Assembly (NCBI GenBank): GCA_963675785.1
Contig: OY776562.1
Coordinates: forward strand, 832,001-896,000
Direction of reading: 5' to 3'
DNA from: Anaerolineae bacterium
GTDB lineage: Bacteria > Chloroflexota > Anaerolineae > UBA1429
DNA length: 64,000 nt
A program made the translations under genes and the position numbers. The number at the start of each line of letters is the position of its first letter. The first letter of the stretch is position 1. The notes under the pieces are model-generated. The model was not told where the DNA came from. It saw only the letters and a program-made list of their open reading frames with translations, and searched no databases. Of this stretch, positions 35,684 to 44,726 are shown piece by piece.

Positions 35684-36988
35684 TCAAACTCGGGCTTTGT
35701 CGTCCTCCAATTGGCGGATGTGACGGTTGCGGTACCAAAAGATGCCTGCCGTGGACCCCAGAATGCTGGTGCAGAGGAACATGACGGCCATGCCGCTGCC
35801 GGATCCGGTGCCGACTAGTTTATGCAAAAAGGCGACAATGGGCGAGGCACTGTTGGCCATGAGGGGCTCAAAGACGTAATCGGCGAGGGCGCCGCCGAGC
35901 AGGATGCCGAGGGGAATGGTGAAATACTGCAGGGCGTTGCGCACGGCAAAGACGCGGCCCTGCATTTCTTGGGGGATGGTGTTATACATCAACACATTTA
36001 GACCTGCGCTGATAAAGGGGATGGGGATACTCGCCGCCAGCGCGGCCACGATCCACACGAAAGTGCTTTGCCCCAGGCCCATGAGCAGGTCGCCAAACAG
36101 AAAGGAAATGGCCGCCGAGGCATAGATGAGCTTGACCTTGCTGCGAGGCAGGCGTCCCGTGGAGACGATGAGGCCGCCGAGGACGCCGCCCAAGCCGAGA
36201 ACGCCGCTGACGATGCCCAGCACGGTATCCTGCCCGCCGCTACGAGCGAGGATCATGGCGGGGAGGATGTTCTCGTAGGTGAGACGAGAAAAGAAATTCA
36301 GCATGGCCATGCTGAGCATGAGATAAAGCAAGCCCTTGTGCTGGCCGAGAAAGGCAAAGCCCTCTTTGCAACCACGCAGAACGCCCGAAGGCTTGCTCTC
36401 ACGAGGCTTGCGAGACTCGGGAATCTTGATGAGCAAAAGCAGGGCGGTAAAGGCAAAGACAAAGGTGGCCATATCGATGAAAAGAACGCCCCTGAGCCCC
36501 CAAAAGGAACTGACAAAAGCTGCCAGCATGGGTGTGACGACTGCAATCAGCGAGCTGGAAAAGGAGTTCAAGCCGCTTACCCGGGCGTATTTTTCTTTGG
36601 GCACCATCATGCCGACGGATACGGCGGCGGCAGGGGATTGAAAGGCGTTCATCAAGCCGGTGATGGTGTTGACGATATAGATGTGCCAGATCTCTAGCCT
36701 GCCAGAGGCGAGTAGAATGAGAACTGCGATGGAACAAACAGCGGCAATGGAATCTGCCCAGAGCATGATGGGCTTTTTGCGGTGGGCATCGACAAATGAT
36801 CCGGCAAAGAGGCTGACCAGAATGAACGGCAGGTAGGAGAAGAAGGTAAGCAGCGATACCGCCATAGCGGAATTTGTCTGCTTGTAGGCCCAGATGATCA
36901 AAGCAAAGCTGGTCATGGAGCTGCCGAGCTGCGAGACGGACTGGCTGAGCCAAAAGAGGATATAGTTTTTGTTGTTAACCATTCTCAT
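35684..36988 (-). CDS. MFS efflux transporter, DHA3/MefA-like
   Basis: W.SQSVSQLGS.MT.FAL, AGSFVD...KK.IM..AD, NAFQ.PA, IP.EMQGRVF; about 12 hydrophobic segments. Confidence 0.9.
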   Translation of the reverse strand: MRMVNNKNYILFWLSQSVSQLGSSMTSFALIIWAYKQTNSAMAVSLLTFFSYLPFILVSLFAGSFVDAHRKKPIMLWADSIAAVCSIAVLILLASGRLEIWHIYIVNTITGLMNAFQSPAAAVSVGMMVPKEKYARVSGLNSFSSSLIAVVTPMLAAFVSSFWGLRGVLFIDMATFVFAFTALLLLIKIPESRKPRESKPSGVLRGCKEGFAFLGQHKGLLYLMLSMAMLNFFSRLTYENILPAMILARSGGQDTVLGIVSGVLGLGGVLGGLIVSTGRLPRSKVKLIYASAAISFLFGDLLMGLGQSTFVWIVAALAASIPIPFISAGLNVLMYNTIPQEMQGRVFAVRNALQYFTIPLGILLGGALADYVFEPLMANSASPIVAFLHKLVGTGSGSGMAVMFLCTSILGSTAGIFWYRNRHIRQLEDDKARV

Positions 36989-37091
36989 AGGTTTCTCCCT
37001 TGATAGTTTCGTTTAGCGAGGGGACTATCAAGTACAAAACCTAATGCGGACGATGGTGTGGTTTACTCTCTGTAAGGGCATCGCCCAGGCA

Positions 37092-37148
37092 TTAGGCCCT
37101 GTACAGAGAATGATTGGCGTAGATGCGGATAAGAACTGGTGCTGGCAT
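37092..37148 (-). CDS. Putative leader peptide MPAPVLIRIYANHSLYRA (18 aa)
   Basis: Perfect AAGGAGGT Shine-Dalgarno 7 nt before ATG 37148; TAA at 37092-37094; embedded in alternative hairpins about 100 nt upstream of the MFS start. Below the ORF-track size cutoff. Confidence 0.75.
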   Translation of the reverse strand: MPAPVLIRIYANHSLYRA

Positions 37149-37225
37149 GGTGATTACCTCCTTTCGTTGACTGGTGCGTACAGTATGGCAACAAAGGCGA
37201 CATCTGCCAAAATGGGGAGATAACG

Positions 37226-37255
37226 ACGGGGCCGATCTGTATAGATCGGCCCCGT
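37226..37255 (-). terminator. Hairpin after the DUF4038 gene
   Basis: Perfect 13-bp stem ACGGGGCCGATCT / AGATCGGCCCCGT. Confidence 0.7.
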
Positions 37256-37277
37256 GAAGGTGTTGACGATGAGTGTA

Positions 37278-38510
37278 CTAATCCACCTGACCGATGACCA
37301 AGAGCCAATCCTCACCCGTGGGTGCGGAGAGGGTGTCTTGGGTGATCCACTCGCCGGTGCGGGGATCGACGCGGTGAATGCGAGCACCAGCCGGGGCGGC
37401 GGTTGCGACGAGTTCCAGCTGGCCGCCGAGGGGCAGATAGGCGACGAGCAAGCCAGCAGGCGTACGGGCCAGGGATACCCAGGTTTCCAAAGCACTCTCA
37501 CCTGGTTGGAGGGCGAGCAGCTCTGGCGCGGGGCGCAACTGCGGCCAGGGCAGCTTGTCCATGATGTCTACCATGACCGACATGGAGGCGATGCCGGGCG
37601 TTTCTAGGCCTTGGCGCCATTGGGGTGCCACCCAAAAGTCGCTGTGGCCCTCGGCGTGTTCGCCTTCGGTCGCGGCCCACACCCAGATGGCGTTGTTGCC
37701 ATAGGTGATGCCGGCGGTGGGTGCTTGCAGCAGCGACCAATAGGAAGCGCGACGGACTGCATAATCTGTGAACTGGCGACCACCACCATAGCCATAGGCG
37801 AACTCGTAGTTGGGTTCCAGGTTGATAAAGGGTTTGGCGATGCGGCGCCAGGCCGAGCTGTAATCGCCCTGCAACAGGAACTCGAGGTCTTGGGGACGGC
37901 TGCCGTGGCCGCTCTGGATGCCCACAAAGGAATACCAGGGCTCGGCGGCGAAACTATCGCCCACCCAACTGAGGCCGCAGGGGTGCATGGTGACGATCTG
38001 CTCGGGGGCATCGGCAAAGATGCCGCGGCCGATGGCCGACCAGCGCTCGACTGCCTCGGGGGATTCGTAATTGCCATCGCCTGCGAGAATCCAAACGATC
38101 TCGCCATCGCCCCAGCGCTGGAGCATGTGGCGGCCCAGGGTGATGCAGTGTTCCTCAGAGAGGGTCTGGCCCGGGCAGGTTGGCGTGTTGGCCCAGAGCA
38201 TGACCGGCGCCGGGACCATGCCGTATTCACGGATCAGCGCTATCCAGCGATCGAGATGGGCCAGCGCAGCCTCATTGATGATCAGTTCGCCATCTTTGAT
38301 GCTGTAGGTGACCCCAGCGAGCGGTGCACTACAACCCCGCCATTGGGTGGCCACGAACTGGATGACGGTAAAGCCCTGACGGGCGCGCAGAGACAGGTAA
38401 TCGTGCCAGGCGGGTTCATCAGCGCGAAGGGCGGTGTTCCAGGCGGTATCGGCCAACCAGAAGAGAGGCTTGCCGTCGTCTCGCGTGAAAAAGGTGTCGG
38501 CTATGCGCAT
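37278..38510 (-). CDS. DUF4038 / GH140 apiosidase-like glycoside hydrolase
   Basis: DGKP.FWLADTAW, R..QGFTVIQ, WILAGD, QSGH, KP..N.EPNYE, YWSLL...G.TYG; C-terminal DPRTG...DW.L domain. Confidence 0.85.
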   Translation of the reverse strand: MRIADTFFTRDDGKPLFWLADTAWNTALRADEPAWHDYLSLRARQGFTVIQFVATQWRGCSAPLAGVTYSIKDGELIINEAALAHLDRWIALIREYGMVPAPVMLWANTPTCPGQTLSEEHCITLGRHMLQRWGDGEIVWILAGDGNYESPEAVERWSAIGRGIFADAPEQIVTMHPCGLSWVGDSFAAEPWYSFVGIQSGHGSRPQDLEFLLQGDYSSAWRRIAKPFINLEPNYEFAYGYGGGRQFTDYAVRRASYWSLLQAPTAGITYGNNAIWVWAATEGEHAEGHSDFWVAPQWRQGLETPGIASMSVMVDIMDKLPWPQLRPAPELLALQPGESALETWVSLARTPAGLLVAYLPLGGQLELVATAAPAGARIHRVDPRTGEWITQDTLSAPTGEDWLLVIGQVD

Positions 38511-38513
38511 GGC

Positions 38514-39239
38514 TTATTCGGCCCCGTAGCGTTCAAAGAAGGAAGCCACCGATTTAACGATCTTGTCCATGTACATGAGCGGTGTATGGGGAGCGCCCTC
38601 CAGGGTGAGCAGCTCGCAAGGCACGCCGAGTTGTTCCAGACGGGCTAACAAGCGGGTGCTGTTGGCATAATCGACCAGTTGATCGGCGGTGCCGTGCACG
38701 GTAAAGGTGGGCGGATAGGACGAGGTGATTTCGCCTACCATAAAGCCAGGTGCCGGGCTGCCCCACAAGTTGGCTATGGCAGCGATATCTTGCTCAAGGG
38801 CGCCAAGGCTGACGGCGGTCATACCACCGGCCGAGCCACCGCCGACATAGATGCGCTGGGGATCGACGTGCAGGCGCTCGGCGTTCTTGCGCAGCCAGGC
38901 CAAGGCCGCACGGCAATCGGTTACGGCGTCTTTGAGGGCCTCGAAACGCACAATGTCGGTCTGTTCACGCACGCGGTAATCGGGGGCGACGCAGACATAG
39001 CCCAGCTTGGCAAAATCGCCGCAGAGCCAGGGGACATAGATTTGATGGCGGTCGTTGCCATAAGCAAAGCCACCACCGTGAATCCACATGACGGCGGGGC
39101 GCAGGGCGTCGGTCTCTTTTTCGGGCAGATAGACATCGAGATGCAGCGTCTCTTGTTCACCTTTAAAGTTGGTGACAGTGCTAAAAGGAATGGCTGCCTC
39201 GGAGGGTTCATGGTGCGGCGGTTGGATTCGTGGGTCCAT
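38514..39239 (-). CDS. Alpha/beta hydrolase (HSL/BD-FAE-like esterase)
   Basis: LDVYLP, WIHGGGF, DYR, GGSAGG, HGTAD.LV. Confidence 0.88.
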   Translation of the reverse strand: MDPRIQPPHHEPSEAAIPFSTVTNFKGEQETLHLDVYLPEKETDALRPAVMWIHGGGFAYGNDRHQIYVPWLCGDFAKLGYVCVAPDYRVREQTDIVRFEALKDAVTDCRAALAWLRKNAERLHVDPQRIYVGGGSAGGMTAVSLGALEQDIAAIANLWGSPAPGFMVGEITSSYPPTFTVHGTADQLVDYANSTRLLARLEQLGVPCELLTLEGAPHTPLMYMDKIVKSVASFFERYGAE

Positions 39240-39253
39240 AGCAGATGCTCCTT

Positions 39254-40372
39254 TCAGGCCATGCGCTGCCAGCCCATACGTCCCGGTTCTCGGGGAGGCA
39301 GGCCCAGCAGTTCACGTCCCAAGTCTACATAATACCGATAGTTTTCAATGGGTACGCCATTGGGAATGCGATGATCGAGGCCAAAGACCATGCCGCCATG
39401 CTGCATGAGCGGCTGTGTTTTGTATTCCAGCTCACGGCGGATGTCTTCGCGCGTGCCGCGCAGGGCCATCTTGTCGAGGCCCCCTTTGAAGGCGATGGTT
39501 TGGCCGTAACGCTGGCGAAGCTGTACCACGTCCATACCGGCGGCGGGCTCGCAGGGGTAAAAGACGGTGACACCACCAGCGATAAAGGCATCGATGACGG
39601 GAGCCATATTGCCGTCGGAATCCTGTTGAAAGATGCGCGTGCCTCGGCTGGAGAGCAGATCCCAAATGGCCCGGTAATAGGGGACGATCCAACGGTTGAC
39701 CTGCCTGGGGCCCACGAGCGGCCCGGACTTGCCGGCCATATCCTCGTGCACGGCCAGTTGATCGATGGTGACGACCTCTGATATCTGCTCGAGCACGCGC
39801 AACGAAGTTTCGGTCAGGGTTTGCATGATGTCGGCCATGAGTTCGGGCTGTTCGTAATAAGAAAGGCAGGCGACCACTTCGCCCATCAGCTCTCGGGGGA
39901 TATCAAAGCCACCGGGGATATCGGCTGTGACCATGACCCCGTGCTTTTGAGCCTCGCGCGCCTTTTCCACCCGCTCCCAATCGATGCGCTCATCACGATA
40001 CGTAAAATAGGGCTTGATCTCGAGCCAGCTATCCATGTCTGTGACAGGAAAATCTTGCGGAAGCGCAATGGTGGCGCGGCCTTTGGGCAGTTTTGTGGTT
40101 CGACCCAGGTGGTCACGGATGAGTTGGTATTCGGCGGTATCCTCCAAGGTAACGGGATCGGGTGTGCCAAAGGGGCCGGTATCGCCACCACAAGCGATGC
40201 GCGGCACGTAATCCCAATCAAAGGCGATCATGTCGATCTCGTCTTGCGAGGCACCCTGAGCGCGCCATTCTTCGGGCAAGCCGATTAGAGGGCCAAAGAG
40301 TTCGACAAACATCTGCCGCTCGCTGCCGCCAAAGGTCATCAGGCTGATATATTCTTCGCGCGTCCAACGCAC
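39254..40372 (-). CDS. Uroporphyrinogen decarboxylase/MtaA-CmuA superfamily protein
   Basis: R.LMG, EDMAGKSGPL..P, DSDGN, P.EPAAGMD, GGLDK, DH.IP..VP.ENY; GTG start with AGGAG. Confidence 0.85.
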   Translation of the reverse strand: MRWTREEYISLMTFGGSERQMFVELFGPLIGLPEEWRAQGASQDEIDMIAFDWDYVPRIACGGDTGPFGTPDPVTLEDTAEYQLIRDHLGRTTKLPKGRATIALPQDFPVTDMDSWLEIKPYFTYRDERIDWERVEKAREAQKHGVMVTADIPGGFDIPRELMGEVVACLSYYEQPELMADIMQTLTETSLRVLEQISEVVTIDQLAVHEDMAGKSGPLVGPRQVNRWIVPYYRAIWDLLSSRGTRIFQQDSDGNMAPVIDAFIAGGVTVFYPCEPAAGMDVVQLRQRYGQTIAFKGGLDKMALRGTREDIRRELEYKTQPLMQHGGMVFGLDHRIPNGVPIENYRYYVDLGRELLGLPPREPGRMGWQRMA

Positions 40373-40517
40373 GTCAGGTCTCCTTGTTCATTGACACTGC
40401 CAGTATACGCATTCCTACGGATGAATGCGAGAGCATATGCATCGTGCTCTTCCATTGACAGTAAGGGGGGCGGCAATCTATTATAGGAGTAGCATCATCG
40501 AGAGATGGAGGTCAATC

Positions 40518-41105
40518 ATGGTCGGTCGTGTTATCAAGCCGGATAGCAAGTACGGCACCAAGATGATTATCAACACCCTGTTGATTTTCGTCTTTTTCGT
40601 GTTCCCCTGGGCATTGATGGGGCTGATCCCAGATCTCGGCTGGATCTTTTTCATCATCTATGCCATTTGCTCTTTTGTTGTGATGCTCATGTGCTTTGCG
40701 CTCATCTATTTTTACGTGCCGACGATCTCGTACGAGATTGGCGACCAGGATGTCATCGTGCGCAAAGGGTTGATCACACGCACAGAGCAGGTGGTGCCCT
40801 ATCGCACCATCACTAATGTGGACGTCAAGCGGGGGCTCATCGAACGCTGGATGGGACTAGGGTCGATTGTGCTGCATACGGCGGGCTACAGCCAGACGGC
40901 GGAAGCCGAAGGACGCCTGGCGGGCCTGGCCAACTATGAAGAAGTTCGCGCCGGCGTGCTGGAAGCCCTGCGTCAGTACCGGGGTGGTGTTGAGGGGGCT
41001 ATTTCGCCCACTGTGGGAATGTCTGCCTCGGGCGGTGCCACGCTGGACGACGTGGTGGCCGAGTTGCAGGCGCTACGTGCGTTGTTGGAAAAACAAAGTA
41101 AGTGA
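40518..41105 (+). CDS. Membrane protein with bacterial PH (bPH_2/YdbS-like) domain
   Basis: Two hydrophobic helices then Y.I....V.VRKG.I...E..VPY..I..V....G..ER..GLG.I...TAG. Confidence 0.85.
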   Translation: MVGRVIKPDSKYGTKMIINTLLIFVFFVFPWALMGLIPDLGWIFFIIYAICSFVVMLMCFALIYFYVPTISYEIGDQDVIVRKGLITRTEQVVPYRTITNVDVKRGLIERWMGLGSIVLHTAGYSQTAEAEGRLAGLANYEEVRAGVLEALRQYRGGVEGAISPTVGMSASGGATLDDVVAELQALRALLEKQSK

Positions 41106-41130
41106 AGCACACGAATGATACGGAGCATCT

Positions 41131-42237
41131 GTGGATATAGAACGCACTAGACTCGATCTACCAAACGGGCAGCTCAGGCTGCCCGCTTTTCTTCCCGATG
41201 CAACCCATGGGGTGGTGCGAGCGACCGACGCCGCCGACATGCGCGCCTGCGGGATTCAGGCGCTGGTGATGAACGTCTTTCACCTGATGCAGAAGCCAGG
41301 GTCTACCACCATCAAGGCGTTGGGGGGGCTGCACGCCATGAGCGGCTGGGATGGCCCCATCATGACGGATTCGGGCGGTTTTCAGGCCTATTCGATGATT
41401 CGTGAGAATGCCAAGTATGGCAGCCTGACCGACAAGGGGCTCATTTTTCGGCCAGACGGCGCCCGAGACAGAATCCTGTTGACTCCTGAAAAGAGTATCC
41501 AACTGCAAATGCAGTTTGGGGCCGATATCGTGGTTTGTTTGGATGATTGTACCCATGCGGATGACCCTTATGAGGTTCAGCGCAAGTCTGTCGACCGCAC
41601 GGTGGCTTGGGCCAAACGCTGTAAGGACGAATTCGAGCGGCGCCTGGACAAGCATCAGGAGGGCTTGCGCCCACTGCTGTTTGGGGTAGTGCAAGGCGGT
41701 GGCGATTTAGCCTTGCGCCAAGAGTGCGCCGAAAAGTTGCTGGAAATCGGTTTTGACGGCTATGGCCTGGGCGGTTGGCCCCTCGATGGCGAGGGCAAAC
41801 TGCTGACGGAGGTGATCGCCTTTTTGCGGCGCATCATCCCCGCGGAGTACCCCATGCACGCCCTGGGGGTGGGGCATCCGAATCACATCGTCTCGCTTTG
41901 TCGCATGGGCTATGAACTTTTTGACTGCACCCTGCCGACGCGAGATGCCCGCCAGGGGCGGCTATACACCTATAACAGCGCTTTGGAGGGCATTGACCCC
42001 GATGCCGAGCGTTGGTTCTCTTTTATCTATATCAAGGACGACGTTCACAAACGCGATGGTCGTCCCCTCGATCCGAGCTGCGATTGCCCCGTATGCCAGC
42101 GTTATTCTCGCGGTTTTTTGCACCATCTCCATGATATCGGTGATGTGGCTTACCAGCGATTGGCGACTATCCACAACCTGCGCTTTATGACCCGCCTGAC
42201 CGAGTACATGCGGACAGAGGGGCGTGCTGGTGGCTGA
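41131..42237 (+). CDS. tgt: tRNA-guanine transglycosylase (atypical)
   Basis: TDSGGFQ, Q...GADI...LD.C, VQGG, H.LGVG, FDC..PTR.AR.G, zinc site CDCPVC...HN. Confidence 0.9.
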   Translation: MDIERTRLDLPNGQLRLPAFLPDATHGVVRATDAADMRACGIQALVMNVFHLMQKPGSTTIKALGGLHAMSGWDGPIMTDSGGFQAYSMIRENAKYGSLTDKGLIFRPDGARDRILLTPEKSIQLQMQFGADIVVCLDDCTHADDPYEVQRKSVDRTVAWAKRCKDEFERRLDKHQEGLRPLLFGVVQGGGDLALRQECAEKLLEIGFDGYGLGGWPLDGEGKLLTEVIAFLRRIIPAEYPMHALGVGHPNHIVSLCRMGYELFDCTLPTRDARQGRLYTYNSALEGIDPDAERWFSFIYIKDDVHKRDGRPLDPSCDCPVCQRYSRGFLHHLHDIGDVAYQRLATIHNLRFMTRLTEYMRTEGRAGG

Positions 42238-43039
42238 GGCCGAGGCTAGAATCCAAGGCCTGACTGAGCAAGTGCGGCAGGGCAGAAACTATGCCGATAT
42301 CGCCGAGGATGTGGCGCGCCATGCGGTGGAGCGTGAGCTGCCCCGACGCAAGAACGATCGCGAGGTGGTACGTGCGGCCCGTTCGCGGTTGCACCAGATT
42401 GCCGGTGCGTATATCGCTGGTGTGGATTGGCAGGAACGTACGGCTCAACTGGTGCAGGCGGCGGCAGAGGGCGAGGAACCATTACGTGCGGCCTGTCTGC
42501 GCCTCATGGCCGAACACGCCTCGACCCGCGAGCGGCTGGGCGAGCTAGAAGCCTATTATGCGGCGGTGTTCGCCGGGTTGGGGCCGGTGCAGAGCGTGCT
42601 GGATGTGGGCTGCGGCCTGAATCCGTTGGCTATTCCCTGGATGGCGCTGGCCGCGAATGCGCGCTATATGGCCTGGGATGTTTACGAGGGCCTGGCGGAG
42701 ATGCTCAACACCTACTTTCCGCTGGTGGGCGTGGCGGGACAGGCCCTGGCCTGCGACATGACGACAGCATCCGCCGGAGATAGCTTTGACCTGGTGCTGA
42801 TGCTCAAGGTACTCAACAATGCCGAGCAATTGCAGAGCGGCAGCGCGAAGGATATGCTGACCCGCATCAATGCGCGCCATGTGGTGGTTTCTTTTCCGCG
42901 CAAGAGCCTGGGCGGCAGGGACGTAGGGATGAGCGAAAATTATCGCCGCCAGCTCGATGAATTGGCCGACGGCGATGATTGGATTGTAAAAGAACTGCCC
43001 TTGAAGTGTGAGTTGGTCTTTCGATTGAGCCGCAGTTAG
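42224..43039 (+). CDS. 16S rRNA m7G1405-type methyltransferase, ArmA/Rmt/Sgm (FmrO) family
   Basis: LHQI.GAY, HASTRERL, VLDVGCGLNPL, D..L.LK, VVVSFP.KSLGGR..GM..NY, EL.F: family hallmark motifs in the expected order. Confidence 0.88.
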   Translation: MLVAEAEARIQGLTEQVRQGRNYADIAEDVARHAVERELPRRKNDREVVRAARSRLHQIAGAYIAGVDWQERTAQLVQAAAEGEEPLRAACLRLMAEHASTRERLGELEAYYAAVFAGLGPVQSVLDVGCGLNPLAIPWMALAANARYMAWDVYEGLAEMLNTYFPLVGVAGQALACDMTTASAGDSFDLVLMLKVLNNAEQLQSGSAKDMLTRINARHVVVSFPRKSLGGRDVGMSENYRRQLDELADGDDWIVKELPLKCELVFRLSRS

Positions 43040-43815
43040 ACGTCGAACTCGGCTACCACAAAAGTGTGATCCGAGGGGCGTTCGGCACGACGGGCGTCTT
43101 TGTCGATCCAGGCCCTGGTGCAGGCTTTGGCCATTGGGTCGGTCGCCAGTATCAGGTCGATGCGCCAGCCAACACCCCGGTCGATGGGGTTACGCGCCCG
43201 ATAATCCCAGTAGGAATAATGCCCCGGTTCGTCAGGGTACTGCTGGCGGTAGACATCCGTCAGCCCCCAGGATAGTGTCTCCTGAAGCGCCTCACGCACG
43301 CGCGGGTGAAAGTCTACGTGTTCGGCCAATGCCTTGGGGTCATAGATGTCGATGGGTTGAGGGGCGACGTTGATATCGCCAGTCCAGATGAGCTTGTCGC
43401 TGGGTTCGAAATGCCTCTCCATGTAGCTACGCAGACGCTTGAACCACTCGAGCTTGTATTCGAACATCTCGTGTTCGATATCGCGGCCCTGGGGCACGTA
43501 GGTGTTCAGAATCCAAGTATCGCCGACGCGCAGGCGAATGAGACGGGGCTCGTCGGGTTCACCGCCGTCATCCAGGCCAAAGGCCACATCCTGCGGCTCT
43601 GCTTTGGTAAGGGTGGCGACACCGGCATGTGATTTCTGCCCCTTGAAGGTAACGTGATAGCCGCTATCGGCAAAGGCGTCGAGGGGGAAATCCTGATCCT
43701 GCACTTTGGTTTCTTGCACACAGAGCACATCCGGCTGATTCTCCGCCAGCCAGCCAACGATCTGATCCAGCCTGGCGCGAATCGAGTTGGCGTTAAACGT
43801 GGCCAATTTGAACAT
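43036..43815 (-). CDS. xth: Exodeoxyribonuclease III
   Basis: ATFNANSIRAR, QETK, YVPQG, GDINVAP, SYWDYR, GWRID, PSDH. Confidence 0.95.
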   Translation of the reverse strand: MFKLATFNANSIRARLDQIVGWLAENQPDVLCVQETKVQDQDFPLDAFADSGYHVTFKGQKSHAGVATLTKAEPQDVAFGLDDGGEPDEPRLIRLRVGDTWILNTYVPQGRDIEHEMFEYKLEWFKRLRSYMERHFEPSDKLIWTGDINVAPQPIDIYDPKALAEHVDFHPRVREALQETLSWGLTDVYRQQYPDEPGHYSYWDYRARNPIDRGVGWRIDLILATDPMAKACTRAWIDKDARRAERPSDHTFVVAEFDV

Positions 43816-43924
43816 ATAGGGGCTCCTTTTAGGTTTTGTTGGCAGTATTGAACCCAGTTTAGCGGGCTAGAGACGAGGCGTCAATGGTCTTGCTTGTGGG
43901 CTGGGGCAGGTCTACAATGCGTTT

Positions 43925-44725
43925 ATGCTGCCCTTTGCGATGATAGACCATGACAAAAGAAACGAACTGGCACAGGAGATTGTCACCCGAATCGCCGACC
44001 GGCTGGGAACGGCGCTGCTGTTAGGCGGCGTGTATGGTTCCACAGCGCGCGGCAGTGACACGCCCTGGTCGGATTTGGAGTTGCTGTTCATCACTCGCCC
44101 CGAAGCGCCGCTGAAGAAGCGGTGTTTTATGGAGGCGGGCGTTTGTGTGGGCACCACGGTGATGGCGGAGCCCGAACTATTGACCTTGCTCTCTCAACCC
44201 TCGGACGATTGGGCCTTTTGGATGGGTGTACTGGAGGCGACGCGAGTTTTACACGGCGAGGCGGGGCAGATCGACCGCTGGATGACGATAGGCAAAACAG
44301 TGCCTATCGCGGCCTTTGCGGATTATGTTCAGGCCCACTGGCCGGGGTATGTGGTGGAATCCTACGGACGCATCCATTCCTGCTTGCACCGGGGAAACAC
44401 CGACGACCTTTATTGTGCCGTCATTGAGGTGTTGATGGAGATGCAGCAGGTGATCTGCCTGCTGAACCAACGCTGGGTGACCCACGATTACGCGCAGGGT
44501 TTGGCCGATACCTTTGATTACGAAAGCTTGCCCGAGCTGTGGCGCGAACTGGCGCTGTCGCTGTGGCGTGAGCGGGATCCCCAGGTTGCCGCCCCGAACG
44601 CCGACAAGCTGGTAACGGCCTATTGGCACTGGCTGGGCGAGCGGGGTATCGATATGAGCGCATCTGCGGCGTCTGACATCTACGATGTTGGACGTTCTGA
44701 CCAACCACAGATATGGAGAAGTTGA
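43925..44725 (+). CDS. Aminoglycoside nucleotidyltransferase-like protein, ANT(4')-I/KNTase family
   Basis: GVYGSTARGSDTPWSDLE Pol-beta NTase motif closely matching the KNTase pattern; helical C-domain with E..G and LLN..W; 266 aa. Confidence 0.72.
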   Translation: MLPFAMIDHDKRNELAQEIVTRIADRLGTALLLGGVYGSTARGSDTPWSDLELLFITRPEAPLKKRCFMEAGVCVGTTVMAEPELLTLLSQPSDDWAFWMGVLEATRVLHGEAGQIDRWMTIGKTVPIAAFADYVQAHWPGYVVESYGRIHSCLHRGNTDDLYCAVIEVLMEMQQVICLLNQRWVTHDYAQGLADTFDYESLPELWRELALSLWRERDPQVAAPNADKLVTAYWHWLGERGIDMSASAASDIYDVGRSDQPQIWRS

Positions 44726-44726
44726 T

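Noticed and set aside
37063-37308. 81-aa ORF upstream of the MFS gene
   Set aside because: No RBS and it spans a terminator-like hairpin; the strong SD points to the 18-aa uORF in another frame.
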